Source of the DNA: Octopus sinensis
Lineage: Eukaryota
DNA: 64,000 nucleotides
Assembly: GCF_006345805.1 (NCBI RefSeq)
Contig: NC_043008.1
Span: forward strand, 5,146,001-5,210,000
Direction of reading: 5' to 3'
This document shows positions 38,520 through 49,481 of this stretch, in pieces; the first letter of the stretch is position 1; each line of letters starts with the position of its first letter. The notes beneath the pieces were generated by a model. It was given only the letters and a program-made list of their open reading frames with translations. It did not search any database and had not been told where the DNA came from. Made by a program: the position numbers and the translations under genes.

Positions 38520-38973
38520 CATGTATGTGTACAAAACACATGCATGCAATGTGTGTGTTGACCATATATATATATACACTATATCTCTATATATATAAAG
38601 CTGAAGTTGTGCTGTGTATGGCAGGTTTGGCAGCCTTCAACTAACACTATCTCCTCTGAGACCCTGCGGCGCAAGTTGACCAAAATTGAGATGATAGAAG
38701 AAGACTTGCTCTTCCTTCTGTAAAAGAAAAATTTCAAATCAGACCATGTTAACACCAAAAATTATTTACATCAAAAAGGTGCTTTTTTTCTATGAAAATT
38801 CCTATTTTTTACGATTTTTTTACTGTTTTGTCGCCATTTTTCAGTGTATTTCAACCAGAAAAATGTTCACTTAAAGAAAATAACAAGCTACATAATGCAA
38901 GATATTTACTTTCCAAAAATTTTAATTCTAAAGGGTTGAAACAAACCTGAGCAATGCCAGGCGATACTGCTAG
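38112..38973 (+). mobile_element. Composite non-autonomous Helitron-like unit (right arm of the inverted repeat)
   Basis: A|TC starts at 38112 and 38584, CTAG|T end at 38970-38973. Confidence 0.85.
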
Positions 38974-39499
38974 TTTACAATATATTGCTGGCTGGAGTAA
39001 ACCTTGGCTATCACTCTGGGGGGCCGAGTGCTTGTGCAAGTTGAACGAAATAGACATTGATAGATGGATGCTGTCTTTACTTAAAACAACACGTCTTAAT
39101 TGTTGCACAGCTATGATTAATAGATTAATTGATAAGCAGAACAAAGTTTAAATAAATGCCTTCTTTAGAATTGGTTGAAAGCAATTCCATACTTGGTGAC
39201 ATTTTGGTTGATGTTCCTTGTGATGGAACCTCTTAGTGATCGACTTGATAGAAATAATAGCCAAATTTTCCCTTCAAATCATAACCTACTGTCTAAGAAA
39301 AGAAGGGCACCGAATAATATGGTTCTGGGCGGACGGTCACTGCTGGAATGTCTTTCATCCTAAGTCTGTTCTGTCAGCAGTCCTTATCCTGGGACTGAGC
39401 AACACAGGAAGTAACAGTGATGTTCCTTCTATGTAGACTATAGAATTGGGTAACCCACAGACAAAACCTAGATGAATATTTGAATTAGTCCATTTGACT

Positions 39500-39955
39500 T
39501 AGTCCAGTGCGGCTATCTGGACTCCGTACCAGTGACACGTAAAAGACACCATTCGAGCATGATCGTTACCAGCGTCACCTTACTGGCACCTGTGCTGGTG
39601 GCATGTGTAAAAAGATTCGAGCTAGGTCATTGCCAGTACCACCTGACTGAACCCGTGCCGTGGCAAGTAAAAGGTCACCATTCGAGCGTGATCATTACCA
39701 ACGTTGCCTTATGGCACCTGTGCTGGTGGCACGTGTAAAGGATTCGAGCGAGGTCATTGCCAGTGGCACGTAAAAAACACCCACTACACTCTCGGAGTGG
39801 TTGGTGTTAGGAAGGGCATCCAGCTGTAGAAACTCTGCCAGATCAAGATTGGAGCCTGGTGCGACCATCTGGTTCACCAGCCCTCAGTCAAAATCGTCCA
39901 ACCCATGCTAGCATGGAAAGCGGACGTTAAACGATGAAGATGATGATGATGATGA
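39500..39955 (+). mobile_element. RTE LINE 3' end copy
   Basis: Same conserved tail and (GAT)n as 22500-23040. Confidence 0.9.
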
Positions 39956-40017
39956 AATGAGTCATTCAAGATTCCAAAATGGAAGAAATGCAGTAATGCT
40001 ATAAAGAGAGAATTTAC

Positions 40018-40176
40018 CTTTAACTTTCTTCGTCCATTAAAAGATATCAATCTTTGCTTCGTTTTCACCATGTTCTCATCCTTGGCTGCTTCTCCTGTTA
40101 CCCAGGGATGCTGAAGGGCTTCTGTTGGATTCGGACGCTTGTTAGCATCACGGATCAATATTTTAGAAATCAAATC
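40018..40176 (-). CDS. CAMK4: CaMKIV-like kinase exon (subdomain XI and autoinhibitory segment, DLISKIL..ALQHPWVTGEAA..NGRRKLK)
   Basis: Splice sites ttttttatag|GAT and AAG|gtaaat. 159 bp, phase 0/0. ALQHPWVTG.AA and RRKLK are CaMKIV-typical. Confidence 0.93.
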
Positions 40177-40325
40177 CTATAAAAAACAGAACAAAAACCA
40201 AAAAAAGTCAAAAGATAAAAAAATAAAAGATTTCAACATTCAAAAGAAATAATCCATTTTCATTGCATTTGATTCAGTTCACAATTTTTTAAAAATTGTT
40301 TTATTGTGGAAATCAGATATATAAT

Positions 40326-40553
40326 TCTTTATTGCCCACAAGGGGCTAAACATAGAGGGGACAAACATGGACAGACAAACGGATTAAGTCGATTACATCA
40401 ACCCCAGTGCATAACTGGTACTTAATTCATTGACCCCGAAAGGATGAAAGGCCAAGTTGACTTCGGTGGAATTTGAACTCAGAACGTAACGGCAGATGAA
40501 ATACAATTACACATTTTGCCCGGTGTGCTAACGTTTCTGCCAGCTCACCGTCT
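40326..40553 (-). mobile_element. tRNA-derived SINE (family 2)
   Basis: Head GGTGAGCTGGCAGAAACG with B-box-like GAGTTCAAATTCC. Inverted partner at 40664-40885. Confidence 0.85.
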
Positions 40554-40663
40554 TTTAATTTTGGAAATCAGATATATCCACTCAAAATTTCTTTACTCTT
40601 AATTGTGGAAAGCAGTTTTATATTCTAATCTATCTTTTGTTGATGAATGTCATATTTGGACAT

Positions 40664-40885
40664 AAGGCGGTGAGCTGGCAGAAATGTTCGCACGCCGGGT
40701 GAAATGCATAGCCGTATTTCGTCTGCCGTTACGTTCTGAGTTCAAATTCCGCCTAGGTCAACTTTGCCTTTCATCCTTTCGGGGTCGATAAATTAAGTAC
40801 CAGTTATGCACTGGGGTTGATGTAATCGACTTAATCTGTTTTTTTGTCCCCTCTGTGTTTAGCCTGTTGTGGTCAATAAAGAAAT
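40664..40885 (+). mobile_element. tRNA-derived SINE (family 2)
   Basis: Reverse complement of 40326-40553. Confidence 0.85.
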
Positions 40886-41039
40886 AGGTTGATTTAAGAA
40901 GGGCATCAAGCTGTAGAAACCAAGCCAAATCAGACTGGAGTCTGGTGCAGTTTGCCAGCTCTGGTCAAACCGTCCAACCCATGCCAGCATGGGAAATGGA
41001 TGTTAAAGGATGATGACATGCACATGAACAAAGACTTAC

Positions 41040-41157
41040 TTTACTGTTGCTACTAATGTCATCCCACCATGGAGATTCAAATTTCCAGTCAATTCGAATG
41101 ATTCTCTTGTATATTTTGTGATCATTTGATGCAAAAAATGGCTCATAACCAACGAGT
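41040..41157 (-). CDS. CAMK4: CaMKIV-like kinase exon (LVGYEPFF..FESPWWDDISSNSK)
   Basis: Splice sites ttttgttgcag|A and AAA|gtaagt. 118 bp, phase 2/0. EPF and SPWWD are CaMKIV-typical. Confidence 0.93.
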
Positions 41158-41358
41158 CTGCAACAAAAGAGATGCAAAAATCTGTCAGAAAATCAGGGTT
41201 ATTTAAGCGAAAAGAAACTTTAGTAAGGTTTGTTACCCACAGTAAAATGATTAGTTATGTTGTTATTAGAAAATGGTCGATAGCATTTTAGAAACATCCC
41301 TTTTAGCTAGGCATTGATATTCCTTCCTTGATGAAAAATGCTCTGATTTATATATATA

Positions 41359-41721
41359 CTAGTAGTATCACCCGGCGTTGCTCGGGTTTGTTTCGACTCT
41401 TTAGAATTAAAATTTTTGAAAAGTAAAAATTTTGCATTATGTAGCTTGTTATTTTCTTTAAGTGAACATTTTTCTGGTTGAAATACACTGAAAAATGGCG
41501 ACAAAACAGTAAAAAAATAGGAATTTTCATAGAAAAAAAGCATCTTTTTGATGTAAATAATTTTTGGTGTTAACATGGCCCGATTTGAATTTTATCTTCT
41601 ATGGAATGAAGAGCAAGCCTTCTTCTATCATACTTTGAATTTTGGTCAACTTGGAGATTGTGTTAGTTGAAGGCTACCAAACCTGCCATACACAGCACAA
41701 CTTCAGCTTTATATATATAGA
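41359..41721 (-). mobile_element. Non-autonomous Helitron, third copy of the 35383-35772 family
   Basis: TCTATATATATAAAGCTGAAG start and hairpin-CTAG|T end. Confidence 0.85.
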
Positions 41722-42052
41722 CCTTGTTTTTCGAAAAACTCAAAAATTGAACGTGTTTTCGCCTCATTTTTCCATTGCATTCATGCAAACACGTGCACAG
41801 TCACATGCAGAATCCAACATGTTGCATGAACACAACTCAAGGCAATAGTTTATGACATCCACTCACTCGCAGAAAATGCATTGTTTCGGGCCTTTGTTAT
41901 CGAGATAGAGACTTGAAACCTACTCTGGCTGTAACTACACCACGCATTCTATAGGTGTGTAAATTTTCAGCTCAATCCTAGTACGTCTAGTGCCATTGAA
42001 TCCTTACCAAAGCCAAAGTGTGCAAGTTTTTTTCCTCTTTTATATAGGTAGA
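41722..42052 (-). mobile_element. 5' fragment of another Helitron
   Basis: Begins TCTACCTATATAAAAG immediately after the CTAG of the large Helitron. No 3' end of its own. Confidence 0.6.
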
Positions 42053-42129
42053 CTAGCTGAAGGTGACCCGCTCTACGCGCGGGTAAGAGTGTGGTGTGTG
42101 TGTGTGTGTATATATGTGTATATATATAT

Positions 42130-42163
<34 letters not shown>

Positions 42164-43031
42164 ATATATATATATATAATATATATATATATATAAATAC
42201 AGATATATGCACTTTGTATATATAAAAATTATTATATATACATATTTATATATAGATACACACACACATATATAATTAACCCAATAAATATCTGATTCAT
42301 AATATTTGTTGTCATGATTGAGTGGTGGTGGTGGTGGCGATGATAATTCTCTCTATGAATGCAGACAGACGTAGAGAGTGAGAGTGTGTGAAAGCGCTGT
42401 GGAAGGCAGGGAGGGGGGATAACGGACGCTGTGAAACGACGTTATAGATAGAAAGTGAAAGGAAGGGAGAAAAGTGAGTGAGTAATGGAGGAAGACAGAT
42501 ACATAAAAGAATGAGAGTGTTGGATGTTTTGTTTGTTGGACCAATGTATTAAGGTAGTATTGTTTTATTGTTTTAAAACGAAAGAGGCAATGTGTTTGTT
42601 TCAAAATTTTAAAAATCTGTAATAGTGAATGAAATTAGAATTCACACCCAGCTCAGTTTTGTAGAAAGAGTATCACGATGTGAACTCATGAGTTGGAAAT
42701 TTGACTGAGAGAGTTTATATGGTGACACATGCCAGTCCTTTCGACACCACCTAAACAATGGAATAGTGTATAAAATGTAATTAACAACTCATTCACTTTA
42801 TGAATGTCTTATGTTAGCGAAGAAACAATAACTTGACAAAACCGTTTAATGGAGACGTAGAAGGAATCGGAAAATGAGGAATAAAGAGAATGAGTTGGAT
42901 CAAATGTTTGCAAACATCTGAACCCAATGTTCTTTATGAACCATGTTCTTTTTAATGTCTTTATTTTCAAGAATGAAGAGATAATGAAGAGGTGCAAAAT
43001 AAAAAATCAAGCAAAATTTCATGACTTACAA

Positions 43032-45350
43032 TCAGTTTTCTTTTGTCAGAGCCTCCTGATAAACCATGTTCCTTGTGCGCTCATGATTGCCAAGAATGAA
43101 GAGTTTATGTGGATTTCCAACTCGAGAACAGGCTACGTACAATTGACCATGACTGAAAACCGGTTGTGACAGGTTAATGCCTACAATGTCCAGTGATTGT
43201 CCCTGTGACTTGTTGATTGTCATCGCGAAGCATAGTTTTATCGGAAATTGAAAGCGTTTAAACTGAATGGGAACATCAGAGGGTGAAATACTCATTTTAT
43301 GTATCATTTTGATTGTTCCTACAAATGGTCCACTCAAAATTTCAGCAGTTATAACATGGCTTTGAATCCTCCTAATAACCATTTGGGTTCCATTGCATAT
43401 TTCAGGCGTTTCCATATTTCTGAGCACCATGATTGGAGCACCAACTTTCAAACACAAATGATGAGGTGGAAGTCCCGGAGGTGTTAGCTTGTTGAGTAGC
43501 TCGGGTGGATATTTGACTGCATCATTCTCATCTTTATTTGTATCGATGGACATGAAAGAAACTATCTCACCAGGATTCATATCAAGTACTTGTTTATTTG
43601 TAGCATGAGCTGTTGTATTATGAGGCGATAGAATAACTCTTGCTCTTAGCCAATTGAGATCCTGGAAGTTGGTTTCAACGTCAGGTAAAACAGCTCTTAT
43701 AAGTTCTTCTACATTTGGAACGAAATTCCCAAAAGGCAACCGAATATGCTCATCATCAACAAAAGGCAAAACTCCATCACCAAGATCTAATAGGTGGACT
43801 CTCATGTTTGTTTGAAGATGGCGACAGATAACACTGTGCCACACATAAGAATGCTTTATACATGCATTAACCTCATCGGCTCTAGTGCCTGCTTGGACAA
43901 CAGGAAGAGTTTGTCGAAAATCTCCTGCCATGAGAAACGTAGCTTCACCCATTATTTTTGTATTGTGACGCAAATCTTGGAGAGTTCTGTCAAGAGCCTC
44001 AAACATGGCCTTATTACTCATTGTAGCCTCATCCCAAATAAAAAGACTGCATTCACGAAGAAGTCTTGCTCTTGAGGAACTACGATCTATATTACATATA
44101 GGATTATCTTTCTTTCCAATGTCCATGGGCAATTTGAATGCACTATGTGCCGTACGGCCGCCTTGAAGCAGTGTCGCTGCAATACCACTTGAGGCACATG
44201 CAATGGCAATTCGACGTTCAGCACGCAGCTTTGCGAGAATCAAATTGATAACGAAAGTTTTACCAGTACCACCTGGAGCATTCAAAAAGAAAAGCTTTCC
44301 TTGGTTCAATCTAACGCTGTCAATAATTTCATTATAAATCTCTCTTTGTTCAGGCAAAAGTCTTGGTTCATCTCGCGTAATTGTTTCCGTCAATTCGGCA
44401 ATGTTGTAGTTTTTTTCTGACATGTATTCAACATCCAAAGGCGCTTCATGATGGACAGGTGTTGGCAGATGGAATTCACTTAAATCGCGTATAACATAGC
44501 GTCTTATGTGTCTGTCCATGTCGATTAATGCCTCATTATAAACATCGTCGTTGCCATCACGTAGCGCTAAATTAGCCTGTATGTCCTTTGATAGGCTCTG
44601 TCTGAACGATTCCCAAAGGTTAAGAGGGTTGCTGGGATTACAGTGGATTAATATGCTACAAAACAATCGACGCAGTTGCCATGGCAGTTTACAATTTGAG
44701 GCCTCTGCTAATGTCCTGTGTATGTGGTCGTCATTGAGAAGAAGTCCGCGCCTCAAACATGCTTCCCTGTAAGTGGCGCAGATGATACCATCAACCGTGC
44801 GAAGATCAGCAAAAGACTTCGGTCCAGTAACTACATGAAGTAGCATTCTCAAAAAGATTTCCTGTTTGGTAGGATGAATATTATACACACGCCCAATGAC
44901 GTTCTTCCTAGAAACGCCGGGCCAATTGTCAAGTTCTGTTCCATGTGACCTGCGCTTCCAATTATTGTTGTTGTATGTGTAATATTCCGGTACTTCAGGG
45001 TAAATGAGAGTAGCAGCTGTAAGCGTAGTCCCTTTTGGATTTTCAATGACTTGACGTGCATTTTTCTCTGTGAAGTAAACCAGCTGTCTCTTCTGTAAAT
45101 GAACATTCAGGTGGAAAACTGATGGTGAGCTTAGATGAATCTCGTATCCAAAAATGCGCCACGCTGCATAATTGGAGGATACATACCTACCCAAAACGAA
45201 TTGTTTAATTTCGTCATGTCTAAGGTCTTCATCACTGAACACAAACACGGCCATATCATCACCCTTATTAATGTACTTGCAGAGGTATTGTATGCATCTC
45301 ACCGAACTGCAGTACTCAACATTAATCATCATCATCATCATCATCATCAT
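43032..45350 (-). CDS. Helitron RepHel C-terminal half / PIF1-family helicase ORF, 772 aa, stop-free
   Basis: Motifs APGGTGKT, WDEATM, AGDFRQTLPV, GAPIMVLRN, FAMTINKSQGQSL, HGQLYVACSRV. The start Met run comes from the LINE tail. Expression unknown. Confidence 0.85.
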   Translation of the reverse strand: MMMMMMMMINVEYCSSVRCIQYLCKYINKGDDMAVFVFSDEDLRHDEIKQFVLGRYVSSNYAAWRIFGYEIHLSSPSVFHLNVHLQKRQLVYFTEKNARQVIENPKGTTLTAATLIYPEVPEYYTYNNNNWKRRSHGTELDNWPGVSRKNVIGRVYNIHPTKQEIFLRMLLHVVTGPKSFADLRTVDGIICATYREACLRRGLLLNDDHIHRTLAEASNCKLPWQLRRLFCSILIHCNPSNPLNLWESFRQSLSKDIQANLALRDGNDDVYNEALIDMDRHIRRYVIRDLSEFHLPTPVHHEAPLDVEYMSEKNYNIAELTETITRDEPRLLPEQREIYNEIIDSVRLNQGKLFFLNAPGGTGKTFVINLILAKLRAERRIAIACASSGIAATLLQGGRTAHSAFKLPMDIGKKDNPICNIDRSSSRARLLRECSLFIWDEATMSNKAMFEALDRTLQDLRHNTKIMGEATFLMAGDFRQTLPVVQAGTRADEVNACIKHSYVWHSVICRHLQTNMRVHLLDLGDGVLPFVDDEHIRLPFGNFVPNVEELIRAVLPDVETNFQDLNWLRARVILSPHNTTAHATNKQVLDMNPGEIVSFMSIDTNKDENDAVKYPPELLNKLTPPGLPPHHLCLKVGAPIMVLRNMETPEICNGTQMVIRRIQSHVITAEILSGPFVGTIKMIHKMSISPSDVPIQFKRFQFPIKLCFAMTINKSQGQSLDIVGINLSQPVFSHGQLYVACSRVGNPHKLFILGNHERTRNMVYQEALTKEN

Positions 45351-45499
45351 TTAACGTCCGCTTTCCATGCTAGCATGGGTTCGACGGTTCAACTGGGGTC
45401 TGGGGAGCCCGAAAGCTGCACCAGTCCAGTCAGATCTGGCAGTGTTTCTACAGCTGGATGCCCTTCCTAACGCCAACCACTCCGAGAGTGTAGTGGGTG

Positions 45500-45935
45500 A
45501 TTTTATGTGCCACCGACACAGGTGCCAGACGAGGCTGGCAAACGGCCATGCTCGGATGGTGTTTTTATGTGCCACCGACACAGGTGCCAGACGAGGCTGG
45601 CAGACGGCCACGCTCGGATGGTGTTTTTATGTGCCACCGACACAGGTGCCAGACGAGGCTGGCAGACGGCCACGCTCGGATGGTTTTTTTATGTGCCACC
45701 GACACAGGTGCCAGACGAGGCTGGCAGACGGCCACGCTCGGATGGTGTTTTTATGTGCCACCGACACAGGTGCCAGACGAGGCTGGCAGACGGCCACGCT
45801 CGGATGGTGTTTTTATGTGCCACCCGACACAGGTGCCAGACGAGGCTGGCAGACGGCCACGCTCGGATGGTGTTTTTATGTGCCACCGATACAGGTGCCA
45901 GATGAGGCTGGCAAACGGCCACGATCGGATGGTGC
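45500..45935. repeat. 62-bp tandem repeat, about 7 copies
   Basis: GTGCC recurs at 45507, 45569, 45631, 45693, 45755, 45817 and 45880. Confidence 0.95.
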
Positions 45936-46029
45936 TTGTTACGTGCCCACAGCACGGAGGCCAGTCGATTCGGTACTGGCTACGGCCACGTTCGGATGGT
46001 TTTCTTATGTGCCACGTGCCACCGGCACT

Positions 46030-47850
46030 GGTACCACAAAGATACAAATTCCATTGATGTTCATCTATTTTGATTTGTTTTGATTTTCACTTGTCTCAAC
46101 AGGTCTTCACAAGTGTCACAAGAAGGAAGGTATGCACAGGTGGACTGACTACGTCCCATGTAGGGGCCATGGGTTATGGCCTGACTAGTCTTGCCGGGTC
46201 TTCGGATGGTGTTTTTATGTACCACCGACACAGGTGCTAGATGAGGCTGGCGAACGGCCACGATCGGATGGTGTTTGTCATGTGCCCACCGCACTGACTA
46301 CGGCACTGATGGATTTCTTGTGTGCCACAGGCACTGGTACCACAAGATACAAATTCCATTGATGTTCATCTATTTTGTCTATTTTGATTTGATTTGATTT
46401 TCATTTGCCTCAACCGGTCTTCACAAGTGTCACAAGAAGGAAGGTATGCACAGGTGGACTGACTAGTCTTGCCGGGTCTTCGGAAGGTGTTTTTATGTGC
46501 CACCGACACAGGTGCCAGATGAGGCTGGCGATCGGCCATGATCGGATGGTGTTTGTTACGTGCCCACAGCACGGAGGCCGGTCGATGCGGAACTGGCTAC
46601 GGCCACGTTCGGATGGTTCTCTTGTGTGCCACCGGCACTGGTACCACAAAGTGTGTGCCACCGGCACTGGTACCACAAAGATACAAATTCCATTGATGTT
46701 CATCTATTTTGATTTGTTTTGATTTGATTTTCACTTGCCTCAACAGGTCTTCACAAGTGTCACAAGAAGGAAGGTATGCACAGGTGGACTGACTACGTCC
46801 CAGGTAGGGGCCATGGTTATGGCCTGACTAGTCTTGCCGGGTCTTCGGATGGTGTTTTTATGTGCCACCGACACAGGTGCTAGATGAGGCTGGCGAACGG
46901 CCACGATCGGATGGTGTTTGTCATGTGCCCACAGCACGGAGGCCAGTCGATGCGGTACTGGCTATGGCCACTTTCGGATGGTTTTCTCTTGTGTGCCACC
47001 GGCACTGGTACCACAAAGATACAAATTCCATTGATGTTCATCTATTTTGATTTGTTTTGATTTGATTTTGATTTTGATTTTGATTTTCACTTGTCTCAAC
47101 AGGCCTTCACAAGTATCACAAGGAGGAAGGTATGCACAGGTGGACTGACTACGTCCCAGGTAGGGGCCATGGTTTATGGCCTGACTAGTCTTGCCGGGTC
47201 TTCGGAAGGTGTTTTTATGTGCCACCGACACAGGTGCTAGATGAGGCTGGCGAACGGCCACGACCGGATGGTGTTTGTTATGTGCCCACAGCACGATGGC
47301 CAGTGATGCGGTACTGACTACGGCCATGTTCGGATGGATTCTTGTGTGCCACCGGCACTGGTACCACAAGCGGTACTGACTACGGCCACGTTCGGATGGA
47401 TTCTTGTGTGCCACCGGCACTGGTACCACAAGGATACAAATTCCATTGATGTTCATCTATTTTGATTTGTTTTGATTTGATTTGATTTGATTTTCACTTG
47501 CCTCAGCAGGTCTTCACAAGTGTCACAAGAGGAAGGTATGTACAGGTGGACTGACTACGTCCCAGGTAGGGCCCACGGGTTATGACCTGACTAGTCTTGC
47601 CGGGTCTTCGGATGGTGTTTTTATGTGCCACCATGTTCCCACAGCACGGAGGCCAGTCGATGCGGTACTGGCTACGGCCACGTTCGGATGGCTTTCTTGT
47701 GTGCCACAGGCACTGGTACCACAAAGATACAAATTCCATTGATGTTCATCTATTTTGATTGATTTATTTTGATTGATTTTCACTTGCCTCAGCAGGTCTT
47801 CACAAGTGTCACAAGAAGGAAGGTATGCACAGGTGGATCGACTACGTCCC
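46030..47850. repeat. Higher-order tandem duplications, about 6 units of 290-430 bp
   Basis: Marker GATACAAATTCCATTGATGTTCATCTATTTTG recurs near 46040, 46345, 46680, 47007, 47432 and 47725. Confidence 0.9.
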
Positions 47851-49481
47851 AGGGTCCTCTCATGCACAGCACACTTCCATAGGACTCGGTCTTCAGTCAT
47901 TTCCTTGGTGAGACCTAAAGTTCGAAGGTCGTGCTTCACCACCTCGTCCCAGGTTTTCCTGGGTCTACCTCTTCCACAGGTTCCCTCAACTGCTAGGGTG
48001 TAGCACTTTTGCACACAACTATCTTCAGCCATTCTCGTCACATGACCATACCAGCGCAGCCGTCTCTCTTGCACACCACAACTGACACTTCTTAGGTTCA
48101 ACTTTTCTCTCAAAGTACTTACACTCTGTCGTGTATGCACACTGACATTACACATCCAGCAGAGCATACTGGCTTCATTTCTTGCAAGCTTACGCATATC
48201 CTCAGCTGTCACGGCCCATGTTTCACTACCATGTAGCATGGCTGTACGTACACACGCATCATATAGTCTGCCTTTTACTCTTAGCGAGAGGCCTTTTGTC
48301 ACCAGCCGGGGTAAGAGCTCTCTAAACTTTGCCCAGGCTATTCTTACTGTAGCAGTTACACTTTCAGCACACCCACCCCCGCTACTGACTTGGTCTCCTA
48401 GGTAGCGGAAGCTATCAACTACTTCTAGTTTGTCTCCCTGGAACGTGGTAGAAGTTGGTCTCTGCACATTTCCAGTGTTTATTTCTCCTGAGCATCTGCC
48501 ACAGACAAAAACTATTTTCTTAGTTAGCCTTCCTTTGACATTGCTGCACCTCTTATGTGTCCATAGCTTACACTTGGTGCACCTTATAGAGTTTCTACCT
48601 ACACCTTTTTTACAGATCGAGCAGGGCCATCTACCTGAAGTCGTTTGTGGTTGGTCCACCTTCCTACTTATTAGGACTTTGGTTTTGGCTAGGTTGATTC
48701 TAAGGCCCTTCGATTCTAATCCTTGTTTCCACACCTGAAACTTCTCCTCCAGTTCTGATAGTGACTCAGCAATTAGAGCAAGGTCATCAGCATATAGGAG
48801 CTCCCAGGGGCATCCTGTCTTAAATTCTTCCGTTATTGCCTGGAGGACTATGATAAATAGGAGGGGGCTGACGACTGAACCTTGGTGGACCCCAACCTCT
48901 ACCCGGAATTCTTCACTGTACTCGTTGCCAACCCTCACCTTAATAGCTGCGTCTCTGTACATGGCTCGCACAGCTCTCACTAACCATTCATCTATCCCTA
49001 GTTTCCTCATTGACCACCAGATAAGGGATCGGGGGACCCTGTCAAAGGCTTTCTCTAAGTCAACAAAAGCCAGGTACAAGGGCTTACCTTTGGCTAGGTA
49101 TTTCTCCTGCAGCTGTCTTACCAGGAATATAGCATCAGTAGTACTTTCCCCTGGCACGAACCCAAACTGCATATCATCTAAGCTAACTCTCTCTCTAATT
49201 AACTGGGCTATAACCCTCTCCGTAACCTTCATTACTTGATCCAACAGCTTGATGCCCCTGTAGTTATTTGTATCTAGGGCATCGCCTTTACCTTTGTAGC
49301 AGTTGACTATTATGCTGCTACACCAGTCATTGGGTATGACTCCTTCGTGTATCACCTGGTTAACTATACGGGTGACTATGCTATAGCCGACACTACCAGA
49401 TATTTTGAGCATCTCTGCAGTAATTCCTGATGGGCCTGGGGCTTTCCCTGTCTTCATGCTTCTAATTGCCTTAGCTACCAC
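47580..49481 (-). pseudogene. RTE reverse transcriptase ORF portion (633 aa) with internal PHD-type finger
   Basis: KAPGPSGI, NYRGIKLL, QFGFVPG, FVDLEKAFD, GVHQGS, LLYADD, C4HC3 finger, GRGRPRKTW. Upstream in-frame stops make this copy defective. Confidence 0.93.

Noticed and set aside
38851-39144. ORF with IIAVQQLRRVV as a possible terminal kinase exon
   Set aside because: Its only acceptor (atag|CTG at about 39110) is the wrong phase for the phase-0 donor at 40018, and a well-matching terminal exon exists at 32875-32940.
45367-46083. Long plus-strand ORFs (238, 186 and 132 aa)
   Set aside because: They arise from the GC-rich 62-bp tandem repeat antisense to the LINE UTR, with no domain signal.
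45500-47850. CRISPR-like appearance of regularly spaced dyad-containing repeats
   Set aside because: The units are contiguous tandem copies without unique spacers, they lie in a LINE 3' UTR, and there are no cas genes in this eukaryotic context.
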